A DNA stretch of 64,000 nucleotides from Escherichia coli (GCF_013122565.1 NZ_CP053258.1), one strand, 5' to 3'; shown: positions 1-12,876, counted from the first letter of the stretch. The notes: generated from the sequence alone by a model not told the origin. Program-made: numbers and translations.

Positions 1-576
1 GTCTGGTTCCGCTACCGCGTTACTGGTAATACTGTCGAAAATTTTGTCGCCTGTATGTCCTATCACCATCGAACGCGAAGCATCGACCTGTTGCTTAATA
101 CTTTCTGTTCCGCCGACATAATCACCGTTAGCCTCACTAAACGGCGCAGTCTCTGTTTTATAACCGGCAAAAATGTAGCGCCCGTTACCGTCAGTGGTGT
201 TCGCCAGATTCAGCAACTGGTCACGAAGCCCCTGAATATCCGTAGCCAGCGAGGCCCGGTCATCGTCACTCAAGGTGCCATTGCTGGCGTAGACAATTTT
301 TTCCTGAGCATTCTGGATAGCAGTGGTGACCTGGCTAAGTACACTCTCTTCCAGTGAAACTTTTTGAGTGGCGAAAGTACGTGCCAGCGTGTACTGGCTG
401 TTTTGCGCCTGTGCCTGGGAGAGAACAACAGCTTGTGATGCAGCAATGGGATCGTCTGAAGGGTTAACGACTCGCTTACCCGTCGACATCTGTTCGCCGT
501 ACTTCATCCATTCTGCCTGAGAATTGGTGATGCCGCGCATGTTTTGCTGGTACATCATCTGGGTACTGAAACGCAT
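1..576 (-). CDS. flgL: Flagellar hook-associated protein 3 FlgL, N-terminal portion (gene continues beyond window start)
   Basis: Minus-strand translation from ATG at 574-576 reads MRFSTQMMYQQNMRGITNSQAEWMKYGEQMSTGKRV..., matching FlgL N-terminus; lies 12 nt downstream of flgK stop, as in the flg operon. Confidence 0.85.
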   Translation of the reverse strand, partial: MRFSTQMMYQQNMRGITNSQAEWMKYGEQMSTGKRVVNPSDDPIAASQAVVLSQAQAQNSQYTLARTFATQKVSLEESVLSQVTTAIQNAQEKIVYASNGTLSDDDRASLATDIQGLRDQLLNLANTTDGNGRYIFAGYKTETAPFSEANGDYVGGTESIKQQVDASRSMVIGHTGDKIFDSITSNAVAEPD

Positions 577-587
577 TTTATCTCCCC

Positions 588-2231
588 TTAGCGAATGTTA
601 ATCAGCGCATCAAAAATCGCGTTTGCCGTCTGCAGAACCTGCGCATTCGCCAGGTAATACTGCTGAAAACGTTGTAGATTTCCGTACTCCTCATCGAGAT
701 TGACACCGGAAATCGACTGCTGCTGATTGGAAAGCTGCGTCACCACATTACCTTGCGTGGTGCTACTGGTTTTCAACGTCGCGGTTTTATTACCGATATC
801 ACTCACTAACGAGGCATAAGCGTCGTTAAAGGATTTCGCTCCGCCCACCGTTTTACTGTTGCTTTGCAGATCCAGCAGGGCCTGACCGTTGCGGTTGTCG
901 CTATCACCCGCATCTTCTTCGCTCGCCATCGCGATTTTCGCTTCGTCGGTGATTAATACATCCATGTTGACGATGGCGTCACTTACTGGTTTCAGCGTGA
1001 AGCTGTCGTTAACGGCAGGCGTTCCTGTAAACGTCAACTCCAGACCATCAAATGCCACTTTACCGTTGGCATCCGGCGTCACCGTAAAAGTGGTATTGCT
1101 GGCAAGGCGGGTGACCTGCCACTGATTATTATCGAACGAGATTTTGTAATCTGTCGCCAGTACCGCGGAGGCATCAGTTACCGTGGCACCGATCGCAACG
1201 TCACCTTTGTTTTTCGTGTTTTGCAGAACCGCGGGCTTACCGATAGCAAAGAAATCTTCACCAGCATCGCCGTTGGCATCAAATCCGGCTTTGTGTTGGC
1301 TGTTGAAAGCCTCAGCAAATGCCAGCGCCAGTTGTCCAAGCGTATTACGCGTCTGGTCCAGATCCTGAGAACGGAATGTCAGAATGCCGCCCAGCGACCC
1401 GGTATTCAGTAATTTCTCCGGGATCTCAATATTGCCTGCCGCCCCATCAACATAAGCGACAGTCGTACGAGAAGGATCGGCGCTGGAAGGAACTGCCGCC
1501 AGTTGCCGCGCCGTACTTCCCTGAACCAGTGAGTAACCATTGGCCATCGTGATGTTATAAGTGCCGCCATCCTGAACGCTGACTTCTACACCAACAATCT
1601 GGTTTAATTCGCTCACCAGTTGATCGCGTTGATCCAGCAGATTGTTAGGTGACGCCCCTGCCCCCACGCCTGTCAGACGCGAGATTTGATCGTTCAGGCT
1701 GGCAATTTGTTTAGCGTAATTGTTGATCTGATCAACGCTGGCACCTATCGCGATATTGACCTGTTTGTCCTGGTCGCGCAGATATTGGTCGGTGGTTTTA
1801 AACTGATTCACCAACCCTTCTGATTTCCCAATCAGCGCCTGGCGCGCTGCCGGGTCTTCCGCGTTACTCACCAGCGTTTGCAGGCTGGTGAAGAAATCCT
1901 GCATCTGTGTTGCCAGCGAAGAGGTACTGGTGGAGAGCATATTGTCGATTTTCGACATCTGCTCATAGCGGGCAGTCAGGCCGCTACTTTGCGTCTGCGC
2001 CGCACGTAACTGGTTGGTAATAAACGCATCATACTCACGCTGCACACCAGAAACGTAGACACCATTGCCAACCCAGCCGCCAGCGCCCAACGTGCTATTG
2101 GCCTGCGCCATAATAGTGGTTTGGCGGGTATATCCGGCAACGTTATAGCTGGAGATATTATTACTTGCCGTATTTAACGCCGCCTGGGCCGCGTTCAGTC
2201 CGCTCATGGCGTTATTGATCAAGCTGGACAT
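588..2231 (-). CDS. flgK: Flagellar hook-associated protein 1 FlgK (547 aa)
   Basis: ORF translation MSSLINNAMSGLNAAQAALNTASNNISSYNVAGYTRQTT... with conserved C-terminus; synteny flgJ-flgK-flgL. Confidence 0.95.
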   Translation of the reverse strand: MSSLINNAMSGLNAAQAALNTASNNISSYNVAGYTRQTTIMAQANSTLGAGGWVGNGVYVSGVQREYDAFITNQLRAAQTQSSGLTARYEQMSKIDNMLSTSTSSLATQMQDFFTSLQTLVSNAEDPAARQALIGKSEGLVNQFKTTDQYLRDQDKQVNIAIGASVDQINNYAKQIASLNDQISRLTGVGAGASPNNLLDQRDQLVSELNQIVGVEVSVQDGGTYNITMANGYSLVQGSTARQLAAVPSSADPSRTTVAYVDGAAGNIEIPEKLLNTGSLGGILTFRSQDLDQTRNTLGQLALAFAEAFNSQHKAGFDANGDAGEDFFAIGKPAVLQNTKNKGDVAIGATVTDASAVLATDYKISFDNNQWQVTRLASNTTFTVTPDANGKVAFDGLELTFTGTPAVNDSFTLKPVSDAIVNMDVLITDEAKIAMASEEDAGDSDNRNGQALLDLQSNSKTVGGAKSFNDAYASLVSDIGNKTATLKTSSTTQGNVVTQLSNQQQSISGVNLDEEYGNLQRFQQYYLANAQVLQTANAIFDALINIR

Positions 2232-2264
2232 GGAGGTTCCTTATAAGCCTTTAATTACAGAGTA

Positions 2265-2291
2265 TTATCGGCAGCGACCCGCCGGACTTGA
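2265..2291 (-). promoter_or_regulatory. Candidate sigma28 (FliA) class 3 promoter for flgKL: TCAA-N15-GCCGATAA on minus strand
   Basis: Reverse complement of 2265-2291 reads TCAAGTCCGGCGGGTCGCTGCCGATAA; -10 element is a perfect GCCGATAA, 15-nt spacer, lies in the flgJ-flgK intergenic gap. Confidence 0.6.
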
Positions 2292-2296
2292 GTTAT

Positions 2297-3238
2297 TCAG
2301 AACAGATTATCAATGTTCATGCTGTAGGTTTTGCTCACCTTGTCGCTTATCGATTTCATCTGCTGAATCATGTTGGTGAGTTTACGGGCATAGTGAGGAT
2401 CGGTGGCATAGCCCGCGTCCTGTAGGGCCTGCGCCCCCTGCTCCGCACTCGCGGCGGTCGTCACGGCGGCGTAGCGCGGGTTACGTGTTAACAGCCCAAC
2501 GTAATCCGACAATGCTTCCAGATACGAGCTGTAGACCCGAAACTTCGCTTTTACTTTCTTCGCTTCGCCGTTTTCATATTCAGTCGTGGTAATTTCAGTG
2601 ACTGGCCCTTTCCAGTTGCCAGAGGCTTTGACACCAAACAGGTTATAGCTCGGCTCGCCGTTTTCGCGGCGGATTTGTCGTTGCCCCCAGCCAGATTCCA
2701 GCGCCGCCTGAGCGAGGATCAAATGATGTGGCACACCGCTTTGCTGGCTTGCCAGTTGGGCGGGCAGCGAGAGTTGCGCGAGGAATGCTTTACTGTCACC
2801 CGGCAGCGAATCATCGTAGTTACGTGGTACGGCCTTTTGCACCAGCTGAGAAAGCGTCTGATTTTGATAACGCACCACGGTTTCGAGCGGGAATTTCATC
2901 GGTGCTGCTGGCGTGGGCTCCTCTGGCAATGGTTGTTCTGGCATCATCTGTTTAACCATCATCTCTGCAAGCCCCAGACCTTTGCCCGCCGTCATCTGTT
3001 GGGCAATCTGCTGGTCATACATACTGGTATACAGGCGAGTGTGCTCGCTGCTGAACAGGCCATCTTTTGGTAAAGCGTCGCGCATGCTTTTCAACATCAT
3101 CTGCACGAACATCCCTTCCACCTGACGGGCCACCGGACGGATATTTGCCGCCGGATCTTCGCCCGCTTTCGCCTTTAGTTCGTTGAGTGATTGCGCATCC
3201 CAGGCCGCACTTGCCAGTAGTTTGCTGTCGCTGATCAT
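2297..3238 (-). CDS. flgJ: Flagellar rod assembly protein / peptidoglycan hydrolase FlgJ (313 aa)
   Basis: ORF contains [53 protein letters not shown]...; start chosen at ATG overlapping flgI stop (ATGA) rather than the longer track ORF. Confidence 0.9.
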   Translation of the reverse strand: MISDSKLLASAAWDAQSLNELKAKAGEDPAANIRPVARQVEGMFVQMMLKSMRDALPKDGLFSSEHTRLYTSMYDQQIAQQMTAGKGLGLAEMMVKQMMPEQPLPEEPTPAAPMKFPLETVVRYQNQTLSQLVQKAVPRNYDDSLPGDSKAFLAQLSLPAQLASQQSGVPHHLILAQAALESGWGQRQIRRENGEPSYNLFGVKASGNWKGPVTEITTTEYENGEAKKVKAKFRVYSSYLEALSDYVGLLTRNPRYAAVTTAASAEQGAQALQDAGYATDPHYARKLTNMIQQMKSISDKVSKTYSMNIDNLF

Positions 3239-4335
3239 CAGATGATTTCCAGTTTTGCCCGCAGACATCCCGCACTTTGCATTGATTGCAGTATGGACAT
3301 CAGATCCATCGGCGTAGCGCCCAGCGCATTGAGCGCGCGCACCACGTTATTGAGGCTGGCGCTGGAACGTACGCTTTGCAGCGAACCGCCGCTCTGGCGT
3401 AAATCGATCTGCGTTTGTGGAGTAACCACAGTCTGTCCACCACCAAACGGTGTATCTGGCTGGCTGACATTGGCCTGACGATTAACTGTTACTGAGAGAT
3501 TCCCCTGCGCTACCGCGCAGCTGTCGAGGGTCACTTCGCGATTCATCACCACCGAACCGGTGCGCGAGTTAATCACTACTTTAGCGTCCTGCGGGGTGAC
3601 ATTAACATGCATATTCTGAATATCGGCAAGGAAGCGGACCTGGGAACTGTTGCCACTCGGTACGCGCACCTGAATAGTCCGCGCATCTAACGCGGTGGCG
3701 CTGCCATATCCACGCACGCGGTTGATGGTGTCAGCGATTTGCTGCGCCATGCTGAAATCTTCGTCGTTAAGTTGCAAATTAAGGGTATTCCCGACGCCAA
3801 ACTGGCTGGGCAATTCACGTTCAATAACCGCACCATTGGTGATCCGTCCACCGTTCAGTTGGTTAACCTGAACACTGCTACCGCCAGCGGAGGCTCCTGC
3901 GCCGCCAACCAGAATATTGCCCTGCGCCAGCGCATACACCTGACTGTCAACGCCCTTAAGCGGTGTCATCAACAACGTACCTCCACGCAAGCTTTTGGCA
4001 TTTCCCATGGAAGAAACCACCACATCGATGGTTTGCCCCTGACGTCCAAACGGAGGAAGTGACGCTGTCACCATTACCGCAGCGACGTTTTTTAGCTGCA
4101 TATTGGTGCCCGTCGGAACGGTAATTCCCAGCTGTGAGAGCATGTTATTAAGCGTTTGTGTGGTAAACGGCGTCTGGGTTGTCTGGTCACCGGTGCCATC
4201 CAGCCCCACCACCAGACCATAGCCAATCAGTGAGTTTTGCCTTACCCCCTGAACACTGGTGAGATCGCGAATACGCTCAGCCTGAGCCGCCGTCGTGACC
4301 AGTAGAAGAATTAATGCAGAGAGAAATTTAATCAC
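3238..4335 (-). CDS. flgI: Flagellar P-ring protein FlgI (365 aa, GTG start)
   Basis: Translation (M)[30 protein letters not shown]... with signal peptide; synteny flgH-flgI-flgJ. Confidence 0.93.
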   Translation of the reverse strand: MIKFLSALILLLVTTAAQAERIRDLTSVQGVRQNSLIGYGLVVGLDGTGDQTTQTPFTTQTLNNMLSQLGITVPTGTNMQLKNVAAVMVTASLPPFGRQGQTIDVVVSSMGNAKSLRGGTLLMTPLKGVDSQVYALAQGNILVGGAGASAGGSSVQVNQLNGGRITNGAVIERELPSQFGVGNTLNLQLNDEDFSMAQQIADTINRVRGYGSATALDARTIQVRVPSGNSSQVRFLADIQNMHVNVTPQDAKVVINSRTGSVVMNREVTLDSCAVAQGNLSVTVNRQANVSQPDTPFGGGQTVVTPQTQIDLRQSGGSLQSVRSSASLNNVVRALNALGATPMDLMSILQSMQSAGCLRAKLEII

Positions 4336-4346
4336 CACAGCCTCAC

Positions 4347-5045
4347 TTACATTGGCGACAGGTTAAGGAAGAAACGCTGCAACCAGCCCATATTTTGCGC
4401 TTCGTTAATGTAGCCATTGCCTACGTATTCAATGCGCGCATCCGCCACCTGAGTAGACGGTACGGTATTGCTGCCGCTGATAGTGCGTGGATTAACCACG
4501 CCAGAGAAGCGAATAAATTCGGTACCCTGATTAATGGCAATCTGTTTTTCACCCACCACATGCAGGTTGCCGTTGACCAGTACCTGGTCAACCGTCACCG
4601 TCAACGTGCCGCTAAAGGTATTGCTGGCATTGGCCCCGCCCTTTCCGTTGAACGTGTTACCACCGGAGGCTTCGACATCGGCACGAGCGTTACCAAACAG
4701 CCCCTGCAAATAGCGCGGCACAGTATCAAAGCCAAAATTAGTTTTACCGTCACGGCTGGCATTCGCAGAGGAGCTTTTGCTGGCGCTGACGTTCTCCTGC
4801 AACACGATGGTCAGCGTATCGCCAATATTGCGTGGTCGACGATCTTCAAACAGCGGTTGATAGCCATAGTTAATCGGCTGAGCAGACTGGAAAATAGAAC
4901 CGTTGGCGACGGGCGTCGGACCGGGAACCGGTTGTGCACTGGTCGCCCCCTGCACCAGCGGCGTGGAGGGTATCCAGGCGCAGCCGGTTAGTGAAAGCAC
5001 CAACAAGCTGGAAATGGCATAAGTATGCGCAGCGTTTTTTTGCAT
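4347..5045 (-). CDS. flgH: Flagellar L-ring lipoprotein FlgH (232 aa)
   Basis: Translation [22 protein letters not shown]... (lipobox LTGC); internal start preferred over longer track ORF. Confidence 0.92.
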   Translation of the reverse strand: MQKNAAHTYAISSLLVLSLTGCAWIPSTPLVQGATSAQPVPGPTPVANGSIFQSAQPINYGYQPLFEDRRPRNIGDTLTIVLQENVSASKSSSANASRDGKTNFGFDTVPRYLQGLFGNARADVEASGGNTFNGKGGANASNTFSGTLTVTVDQVLVNGNLHVVGEKQIAINQGTEFIRFSGVVNPRTISGSNTVPSTQVADARIEYVGNGYINEAQNMGWLQRFFLNLSPM

Positions 5046-5097
5046 GGCTATCATCTTCAAAAATCAGTAAACCGGTGAACCTGCCACCGGTTAAGCC

Positions 5098-5898
<801 letters not shown>

Positions 5899-5920
5899 TT
5901 AGTGACAAAGTGCATATGTC

Positions 5921-6030
<110 letters not shown>

Positions 6031-6051
6031 ACTTGTCATGTATCCTTTCAA

Positions 6052-6807
6052 TTAACTCATCGACAGCAGTTGGTTGGCACGGCCTGCGTTATCATCGACG
6101 CTGCTGATCACCTTCATCTGCATTTCAAAACGCCGCGCGCTGGCAATCATGTCGCTCATTGCCGCAACGGCATTAACGTTACTGCCTTCCAGAACCCCCG
6201 ACATCACACGCAAGGTTGGATCTGCCTGCAGTACCGGTCCACGCGTGGCCTGGGTTTCTGCGCTTAAACGAAAAATGCCGTCGTCACCGCGCTGCACTTC
6301 GCTGCCCGTGGCTTTCACCAGCTTCAGACGCCCCACTGGCGCAACCGTATTTGCCGGATCGCCCGGATTCAGCGCCGAGATTGTGCCATCGGCAGCAATA
6401 GTGATTTCCGCCCCTTCCGGCACAGCAATTGGCCCAGCCTCGCCTATCACCGGATGCCCCTGAATTGTCAGTTGCCCGGTGGGATCAACCTGAATGCTGC
6501 CATTACGCGTATACCCTTCGCTGCCGTCAGCGGTCTGCACGGCCAGCCAGCCATCCTGCTGCAACGCGACGTCCAGCGGGCGCGAGGTGTAATCCATTTT
6601 TCCGGGCGTCATATCTGCGCCCGGCGTTGACGCCGTGACCAACGTGCGCGTGGGCAGAGAAAGCCCTTCCACTGGCACCGCGCGTAAAGCATTCAACTGC
6701 GCGCGAAAACCGGGCGTTGAGGCATTGGCCAGATTACTGGCGGTTACCGCCTGTTGATTCAGTGTCTGGCTGGCTGCTCCCATCGCGGTATAAATTGCGT
6801 GATCCAT
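6052..6807 (-). CDS. flgF: Flagellar proximal rod protein FlgF (251 aa)
   Basis: Translation MDHAIYTAMGAASQTLNQQAVTASNLANASTPGFRAQLNALRAVPV...; synteny. Confidence 0.95.
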   Translation of the reverse strand: MDHAIYTAMGAASQTLNQQAVTASNLANASTPGFRAQLNALRAVPVEGLSLPTRTLVTASTPGADMTPGKMDYTSRPLDVALQQDGWLAVQTADGSEGYTRNGSIQVDPTGQLTIQGHPVIGEAGPIAVPEGAEITIAADGTISALNPGDPANTVAPVGRLKLVKATGSEVQRGDDGIFRLSAETQATRGPVLQADPTLRVMSGVLEGSNVNAVAAMSDMIASARRFEMQMKVISSVDDNAGRANQLLSMS

Positions 6808-6826
6808 TGAGCTATCCCGTCAGCGA

Positions 6827-8032
6827 TTAGCGTAAGTTAACCAGCGTGTTGAGGATCTGGTCCTGGGTTTTGATGGTCTGGGCGTTAGACTGATAGTTAC
6901 GCTGGGCAACGATCATATTGACCAGTTCTTTACTGAGATCGACGTTGGACGCTTCCAGCGCACCGTTGGTCAGGGTGCCAAAGTTTCCCGTCCCGGCTGT
7001 CCCCAACAGCGCCACGCCAGAAGATTGCGTCGCAGACCAGACGTTGTCGCCTTCGGATGCCAGACCTTCGTTGTTGGCAAAGTTCGCCAGTACAATCTGC
7101 CCCAGCAGTTGGGTTTGTTCGTTGGAATAGTTGCCGACAACCGTACCGTCATCATTGATTTGATAACTCACCAGATCCCCCGGTTTGTAGCCGTTCTGGG
7201 TGGTTGCCACAATGTTGTTAGCGCCGGTATTTTGCTGCATGGAGTTGAGGAAGCTCAGGCTAAACGTGGCGGGTTCTGCGCCGTTAATTGCGCCAGTGGT
7301 AATATTCTCTGTTGGATTTGAGGTCAGAACGCCATTGGAATTAAACACCAGCGTCATTGCATGGTCAGCTGTGCCTGTTGGATCACTGCTATCCTGGGTG
7401 TAGACCTGCCAGTTATTATCCCCGGTCTTCACAAAGTACACGCTCATGTCATGAGCATTACCCTGACTGTCGAAAACAGTCACCGAACCTTTTTTGTTAT
7501 AGCTATCCGCATTGCTGGCATCAAATGCGTTAACAGTAGGAAGCGGATCACTGGAATTCAGGTTGATCTGCATCGACGCCGTGGTGGTAGTTTTCGCTGC
7601 CATCAGGGTATTCGGGATCGAAATATTGGTCGGATTCGCCCCTTGCTGAATAGTCGGCGGCGTACCGGTTGCCGGGTAACCCGTCAGCTGTAAACCTTGC
7701 ATATTCACCAGGTTACGGTTTTCATCCAGCTTAAATTGTCCGTTACGGCTGTAGAACACCGAACCGTTGCTGTCTACCAGACGGAAAAAACCGTTCTGGC
7801 TGATAGCAACGTCCAGACCACGCCCGGTGTTGGTGGTCGTGCCATCGGTAAAGTCCTGAGTGATACCGGCAACTTTTACCCCCAGTCCCACTTTCGAACC
7901 GGCAAACATATCGGCAAAAGAGGCCGTGCCTGATTTAAAGCCGTATGTGGCGGAGTTGGCGATATTGTTGCCAATAACATCGAGGTTGGTGGCGGCAGCG
8001 TTTAATCCGCTAACCGCTTGAGAAAAGGCCAT
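6827..8032 (-). CDS. flgE: Flagellar hook protein FlgE (401 aa)
   Basis: Translation MAFSQAVSGLNAAATNLDVIGNNIANSATYGFKSG... and conserved C-terminus ...QDQILNTLVNLR. Confidence 0.95.
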   Translation of the reverse strand: MAFSQAVSGLNAAATNLDVIGNNIANSATYGFKSGTASFADMFAGSKVGLGVKVAGITQDFTDGTTTNTGRGLDVAISQNGFFRLVDSNGSVFYSRNGQFKLDENRNLVNMQGLQLTGYPATGTPPTIQQGANPTNISIPNTLMAAKTTTTASMQINLNSSDPLPTVNAFDASNADSYNKKGSVTVFDSQGNAHDMSVYFVKTGDNNWQVYTQDSSDPTGTADHAMTLVFNSNGVLTSNPTENITTGAINGAEPATFSLSFLNSMQQNTGANNIVATTQNGYKPGDLVSYQINDDGTVVGNYSNEQTQLLGQIVLANFANNEGLASEGDNVWSATQSSGVALLGTAGTGNFGTLTNGALEASNVDLSKELVNMIVAQRNYQSNAQTIKTQDQILNTLVNLR

Positions 8033-8056
8033 GACTGACTCCTGAAATGTGAAGGC

Positions 8057-8752
8057 TTAAATTATCTGCCGTACTTCGTCGAGGGTGGTGGTGCCGTAAG
8101 TGCCGAGATCCAGCGTATTACCTTTGTTGCCGCGGATCACACCCTGCACCAGAGCAAACTGCAGCGGCTGGGCAACCAGTTGTGTACCACCGTTACTGGC
8201 GCTAATCGCTACGTTGTAAGAACCGTTCGGCGCAGTGCTGCCGTCAGTCAACGTACCGTCCCAGGTGAAACTGTGGACTCCGGCGGTCAGTTCACCAATA
8301 TCAATGGTGCGCACAACCGCGCCATTTTTATCGGTGATGGTGGCCGTAACTTTGTCTGCCGCCTGTTGCAGCTCAACACCAAACGGCGTGGTCGTGGTCA
8401 CAGCCCCTTCTTCACTGCCGGTTCCCGCAAGAACAGTGGTGCCGGGGATCATCACGCCGTGACCGATCAGGTTACTGGCCTGTAACGACTGGCTGTTATC
8501 AATCTGTCCGGAAATAGATCCGAGCGTGGTATTGAGTTTTTCAATCCCGCTGACCGTGCTGATTTGTGCCAATTGCGACGTCAGCTCGTTGTTTTCCATT
8601 GGATTGGTCGGGTCCTGGTTTTTCAGCTGCGCCACCAGCAAAGTCAGAAAACTGCTTTGTAAATCTGCGGCGTTGCTGCCCGTGAGCGAACTACTGCTGG
8701 TGGTACTGACGCCGGTATTTGTCGGATCGGTGGTGGTTACCGCAATGGACAT
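8057..8752 (-). CDS. flgD: Flagellar hook capping/assembly protein FlgD (231 aa)
   Basis: Translation MSIAVTTTDPTNTGVSTTSSSSLTGSNAADLQSSFLTLLVAQLKNQDPTNPM... Confidence 0.95.
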   Translation of the reverse strand: MSIAVTTTDPTNTGVSTTSSSSLTGSNAADLQSSFLTLLVAQLKNQDPTNPMENNELTSQLAQISTVSGIEKLNTTLGSISGQIDNSQSLQASNLIGHGVMIPGTTVLAGTGSEEGAVTTTTPFGVELQQAADKVTATITDKNGAVVRTIDIGELTAGVHSFTWDGTLTDGSTAPNGSYNVAISASNGGTQLVAQPLQFALVQGVIRGNKGNTLDLGTYGTTTLDEVRQII

Positions 8753-8763
8753 AGCTTTCTCCT

Positions 8764-9168
8764 TTATTGACCGAGCGTAAGGGTTTTCAGCATCATGCTT
8801 TTCACCGTGTTGAGCACTTCAACATTGGCCTGATAGCTGCGTGACGCCGACATGGTGTTAACCATCTCTCCGACGACATCAACGTTTGGCATTTTCACGT
8901 AACCCTTTGCATCCGCCAGCGGATTACCCGGTTCATAAACCAGTTTGTCCGGGGCCTGACTTTCTATAACATCGGCAACCTTTACGCCGCCTGTCGCAGC
9001 ACCTGGTGCAGCGTTAACCTGGAATACCACCTGTTTTGCCCGATATGGCTGTCCATCGGGACCGGTCACGCTATCAGCATTCGCCAGATTACTGGCCGCC
9101 ACGTTCAGGCGCTGGGACTGGGCAGTTAACGCCGACCCGGCGATATCAAAAATATTCAGCAGTGCCAT
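8764..9168 (-). CDS. flgC: Flagellar proximal rod protein FlgC (134 aa)
   Basis: Translation [46 protein letters not shown]... Confidence 0.95.
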
Positions 9169-9171
9169 CCG

Positions 9172-9588
9172 TTAATTTCCGCTCTGTAAAACGTTCATCA
9201 TGCCTTTGATTTGCCCGCTCAACGCGCTAAGGCTCATCTGGTATTGCAGGCTGTTATCGGCAAACTGGGTACGTTCGCGATCCATATCGACGGTATTACC
9301 GTCAAGCGAAGGCTGGTCCGGAATACGGTATTGCAGTTCTGCGGTAGGAGGCGTCAGCGCCTGCGCCGGAATGTGTTGCGTTGAGGTCATCGTCAGTGCA
9401 ACCACGCTGGTTGCATCCCGTCCACGTTGCATGACTTTTTTAAGTTCACTGGCAAAATCGATATCGCGCGCCTGATAACCAGGGGTATCGGCGTTGGCGA
9501 TGTTTGCTGCCAGCACTTCCTGACGCTGGGCGCGCAGATTGAGCGCCTCTTGTTGAAAACGTAAGGCGGCGTCGAGCTTATCGAGCAT
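9172..9588 (-). CDS. flgB: Flagellar proximal rod protein FlgB (138 aa)
   Basis: Translation [45 protein letters not shown]... Confidence 0.95.
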
Positions 9589-9742
9589 ATCTCCTCCGCA
9601 GGTATCAAAATTCTGCCATCAGCTTAAATGCCTTTACGCGCGCGTTATCGGCGGAATAAACGCAAAATGGGTCGCTATTTATGCCGTTGATGGTCATTGC
9701 GGACAGGTACAATTCACGTTGTAGAAATGGCTGGGGGCGAAA
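9589..9742. promoter_or_regulatory. Divergent flgB / flgA promoter region (flagellar class 2, FlhDC-dependent by analogy)
   Basis: 154-bp gap between divergently oriented flgB (minus) and flgA (plus) start codons; individual FlhD4C2 boxes not resolved by eye. Confidence 0.6.
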
Positions 9743-10402
9743 ATGCTGGCAATAAAACGTAGCGTGGCGATCATCGCGATACTGTTCAGTCCGTTAAGTG
9801 CGGCGAGCAATCTCACATCGCAATTGCAAACCTTTTTTAGCGCCCAGCTCGCAGGGATAAGTGATGAGGTTCGTGTTTCTATTCGTACAGCGCCCAATCT
9901 ACTACCGCCGTGCGAGCAGCCATTGCTTTCGATGAGCAATAATTCCCGCTTGTGGGGCAATGTGAATGTGTTGGCACGCTGCGGTAACGACAAACGATAT
10001 TTACAGGTTAATGTGCAGGCCACAGGAAATTATGTGGTTGCCGCGATGCCCATTGTGCGAGGAGGAAAGCTGGGAGCTGGCAATGTCAAACTGAAACGCG
10101 GACGGCTGGATACCTTGCCACCGCATACGGTGCTGGATATCAATCAACTTGTTGATGCCGTTAGCCTGCGCGACCTATCACCCGATCAACCTATCCAGTT
10201 AACCCAGTTTCGCCAGGCATGGCGGGTAAAAGCGGGACAACGCGTCAACGTGATCGCCAGCGGTGATGGGTTTAGCGCCAACGCAGAAGGTCAGGCGCTG
10301 AACAATGCAGCCGTCGCACAGAATGCGCGGGTGCGCATGGTATCTGGACAGGTAGTCAGCGGCGTTGTTGATGCAGATGGGAATATTCTTATAAACCTGT
10401 AA
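9743..10402 (+). CDS. flgA: Flagellar P-ring assembly chaperone FlgA (219 aa)
   Basis: Translation MLAIKRSVAIIAILFSPLSAASNLTSQLQTFFSAQLAGISDEVRVSIRTAP... Confidence 0.93.
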   Translation: MLAIKRSVAIIAILFSPLSAASNLTSQLQTFFSAQLAGISDEVRVSIRTAPNLLPPCEQPLLSMSNNSRLWGNVNVLARCGNDKRYLQVNVQATGNYVVAAMPIVRGGKLGAGNVKLKRGRLDTLPPHTVLDINQLVDAVSLRDLSPDQPIQLTQFRQAWRVKAGQRVNVIASGDGFSANAEGQALNNAAVAQNARVRMVSGQVVSGVVDADGNILINL

Positions 10403-10407
10403 GCTGT

Positions 10408-10434
10408 TAAAGATTACCCGTCCCTTGCCGATAA
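10408..10434 (+). promoter_or_regulatory. sigma28 (FliA) class 3 promoter upstream of flgMN, perfect consensus TAAA-N15-GCCGATAA
   Basis: TAAAGATTACCCGTCCCTTGCCGATAA read directly, about 44 nt upstream of the flgM ATG. Confidence 0.85.
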
Positions 10435-10477
10435 ATAAGCAACACATGATAAAAGCGCCCTCAATGAGGAATAAACC

Positions 10478-10771
10478 ATGAGTATTGATCGCACTTCGCC
10501 TCTGAAGCCCGTAAGCACCGTTCAACCGCGCGAAACCACTGACGCGCCGGTAACGAACACCCGGGCGGCAAAAACAACAGCATCCACCAGCACCAGTGTG
10601 ACGTTAAGCGACGCGCAAGCAAAACTGATGCAACCCGGCAGCAGTGATATCAATCTTGAACGTGTCGAAGCGTTAAAACTGGCGATTCGTAACGGTGAAC
10701 TAAAAATGGACACCGGCAAAATTGCCGATGCGCTGATCAACGAAGCGCAGCAAGACTTGCAGAGTAATTAA
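10478..10771 (+). CDS. flgM: Anti-sigma-28 factor FlgM (97 aa)
   Basis: Translation [34 protein letters not shown]...[38 protein letters not shown]. Confidence 0.95.
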   Translation: MSIDRTSPLKPVSTVQPRETTDAPVTNTRAAKTTASTSTSVTLSDAQAKLMQPGSSDINLERVEALKLAIRNGELKMDTGKIADALINEAQQDLQSN

Positions 10772-10775
10772 TCGT

Positions 10776-11192
10776 ATGACGCGTCTTGCAGAGATCCTCG
10801 ACCAGATGTCCGCTGTGCTTAACGATCTCAAAACGGTAATGGATCAAGAGCAGCAACATCTCTCTATGGGGCAGATCAACGGCAGCCAGTTGCAATGGAT
10901 TACAGAACAAAAAAGCTCACTGCTGGCAACGTTGGATTACCTCGAACAGTTACGCAGGAAAGAACCCAATACTGCAAATAGCGTTGATATTAGTCAACGC
11001 TGGCAGGAAATTGCTGTGAAAACGCAGCAACTACGCCAAATGAATCAACATAACGGCTGGTTACTGGAAGGACAGATTGAGCGCAATCAACAGGCGCTGG
11101 AAATGTTGAAACCGCATCAGGAACCGACGCTATATGGGGCGAACGGCCAGACCTCAACAACCCATCGCGGCAGCAAAAAGATTTCGATCTGA
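10776..11192 (+). CDS. flgN: Flagellar export chaperone FlgN (138 aa)
   Basis: Translation MTRLAEILDQMSAVLNDLKTVMDQEQQHLSMGQINGSQLQWITEQKSSLLATLDYLEQLRR... Confidence 0.95.
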   Translation: MTRLAEILDQMSAVLNDLKTVMDQEQQHLSMGQINGSQLQWITEQKSSLLATLDYLEQLRRKEPNTANSVDISQRWQEIAVKTQQLRQMNQHNGWLLEGQIERNQQALEMLKPHQEPTLYGANGQTSTTHRGSKKISI

Positions 11193-11201
11193 AGATTATC
11201 T

Positions 11202-11222
11202 CCGGCCTGCACTGCAGGCCGG
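11202..11222. terminator. Bidirectional hairpin terminator between convergent flgN and murJ
   Basis: CCGGCCTGC-ACT-GCAGGCCGG perfect 9-bp stem between flgN stop (11192) and murJ stop (11232). Confidence 0.7.
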
Positions 11223-11231
11223 AATGTATTG

Positions 11232-12854
<1,623 letters not shown>

Positions 12855-12876
12855 CTACCGCCAGATGTTACAGGGT

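Noticed and set aside
55-357. 100-aa plus-strand ORF at the window start
   Set aside because: Antisense to and fully inside the flgL coding region, whose minus-strand translation matches the FlgL N-terminus; no RBS or family resemblance.
4395-4991. 198-aa plus-strand ORF
   Set aside because: Antisense to flgH; a GC-rich frame artefact.
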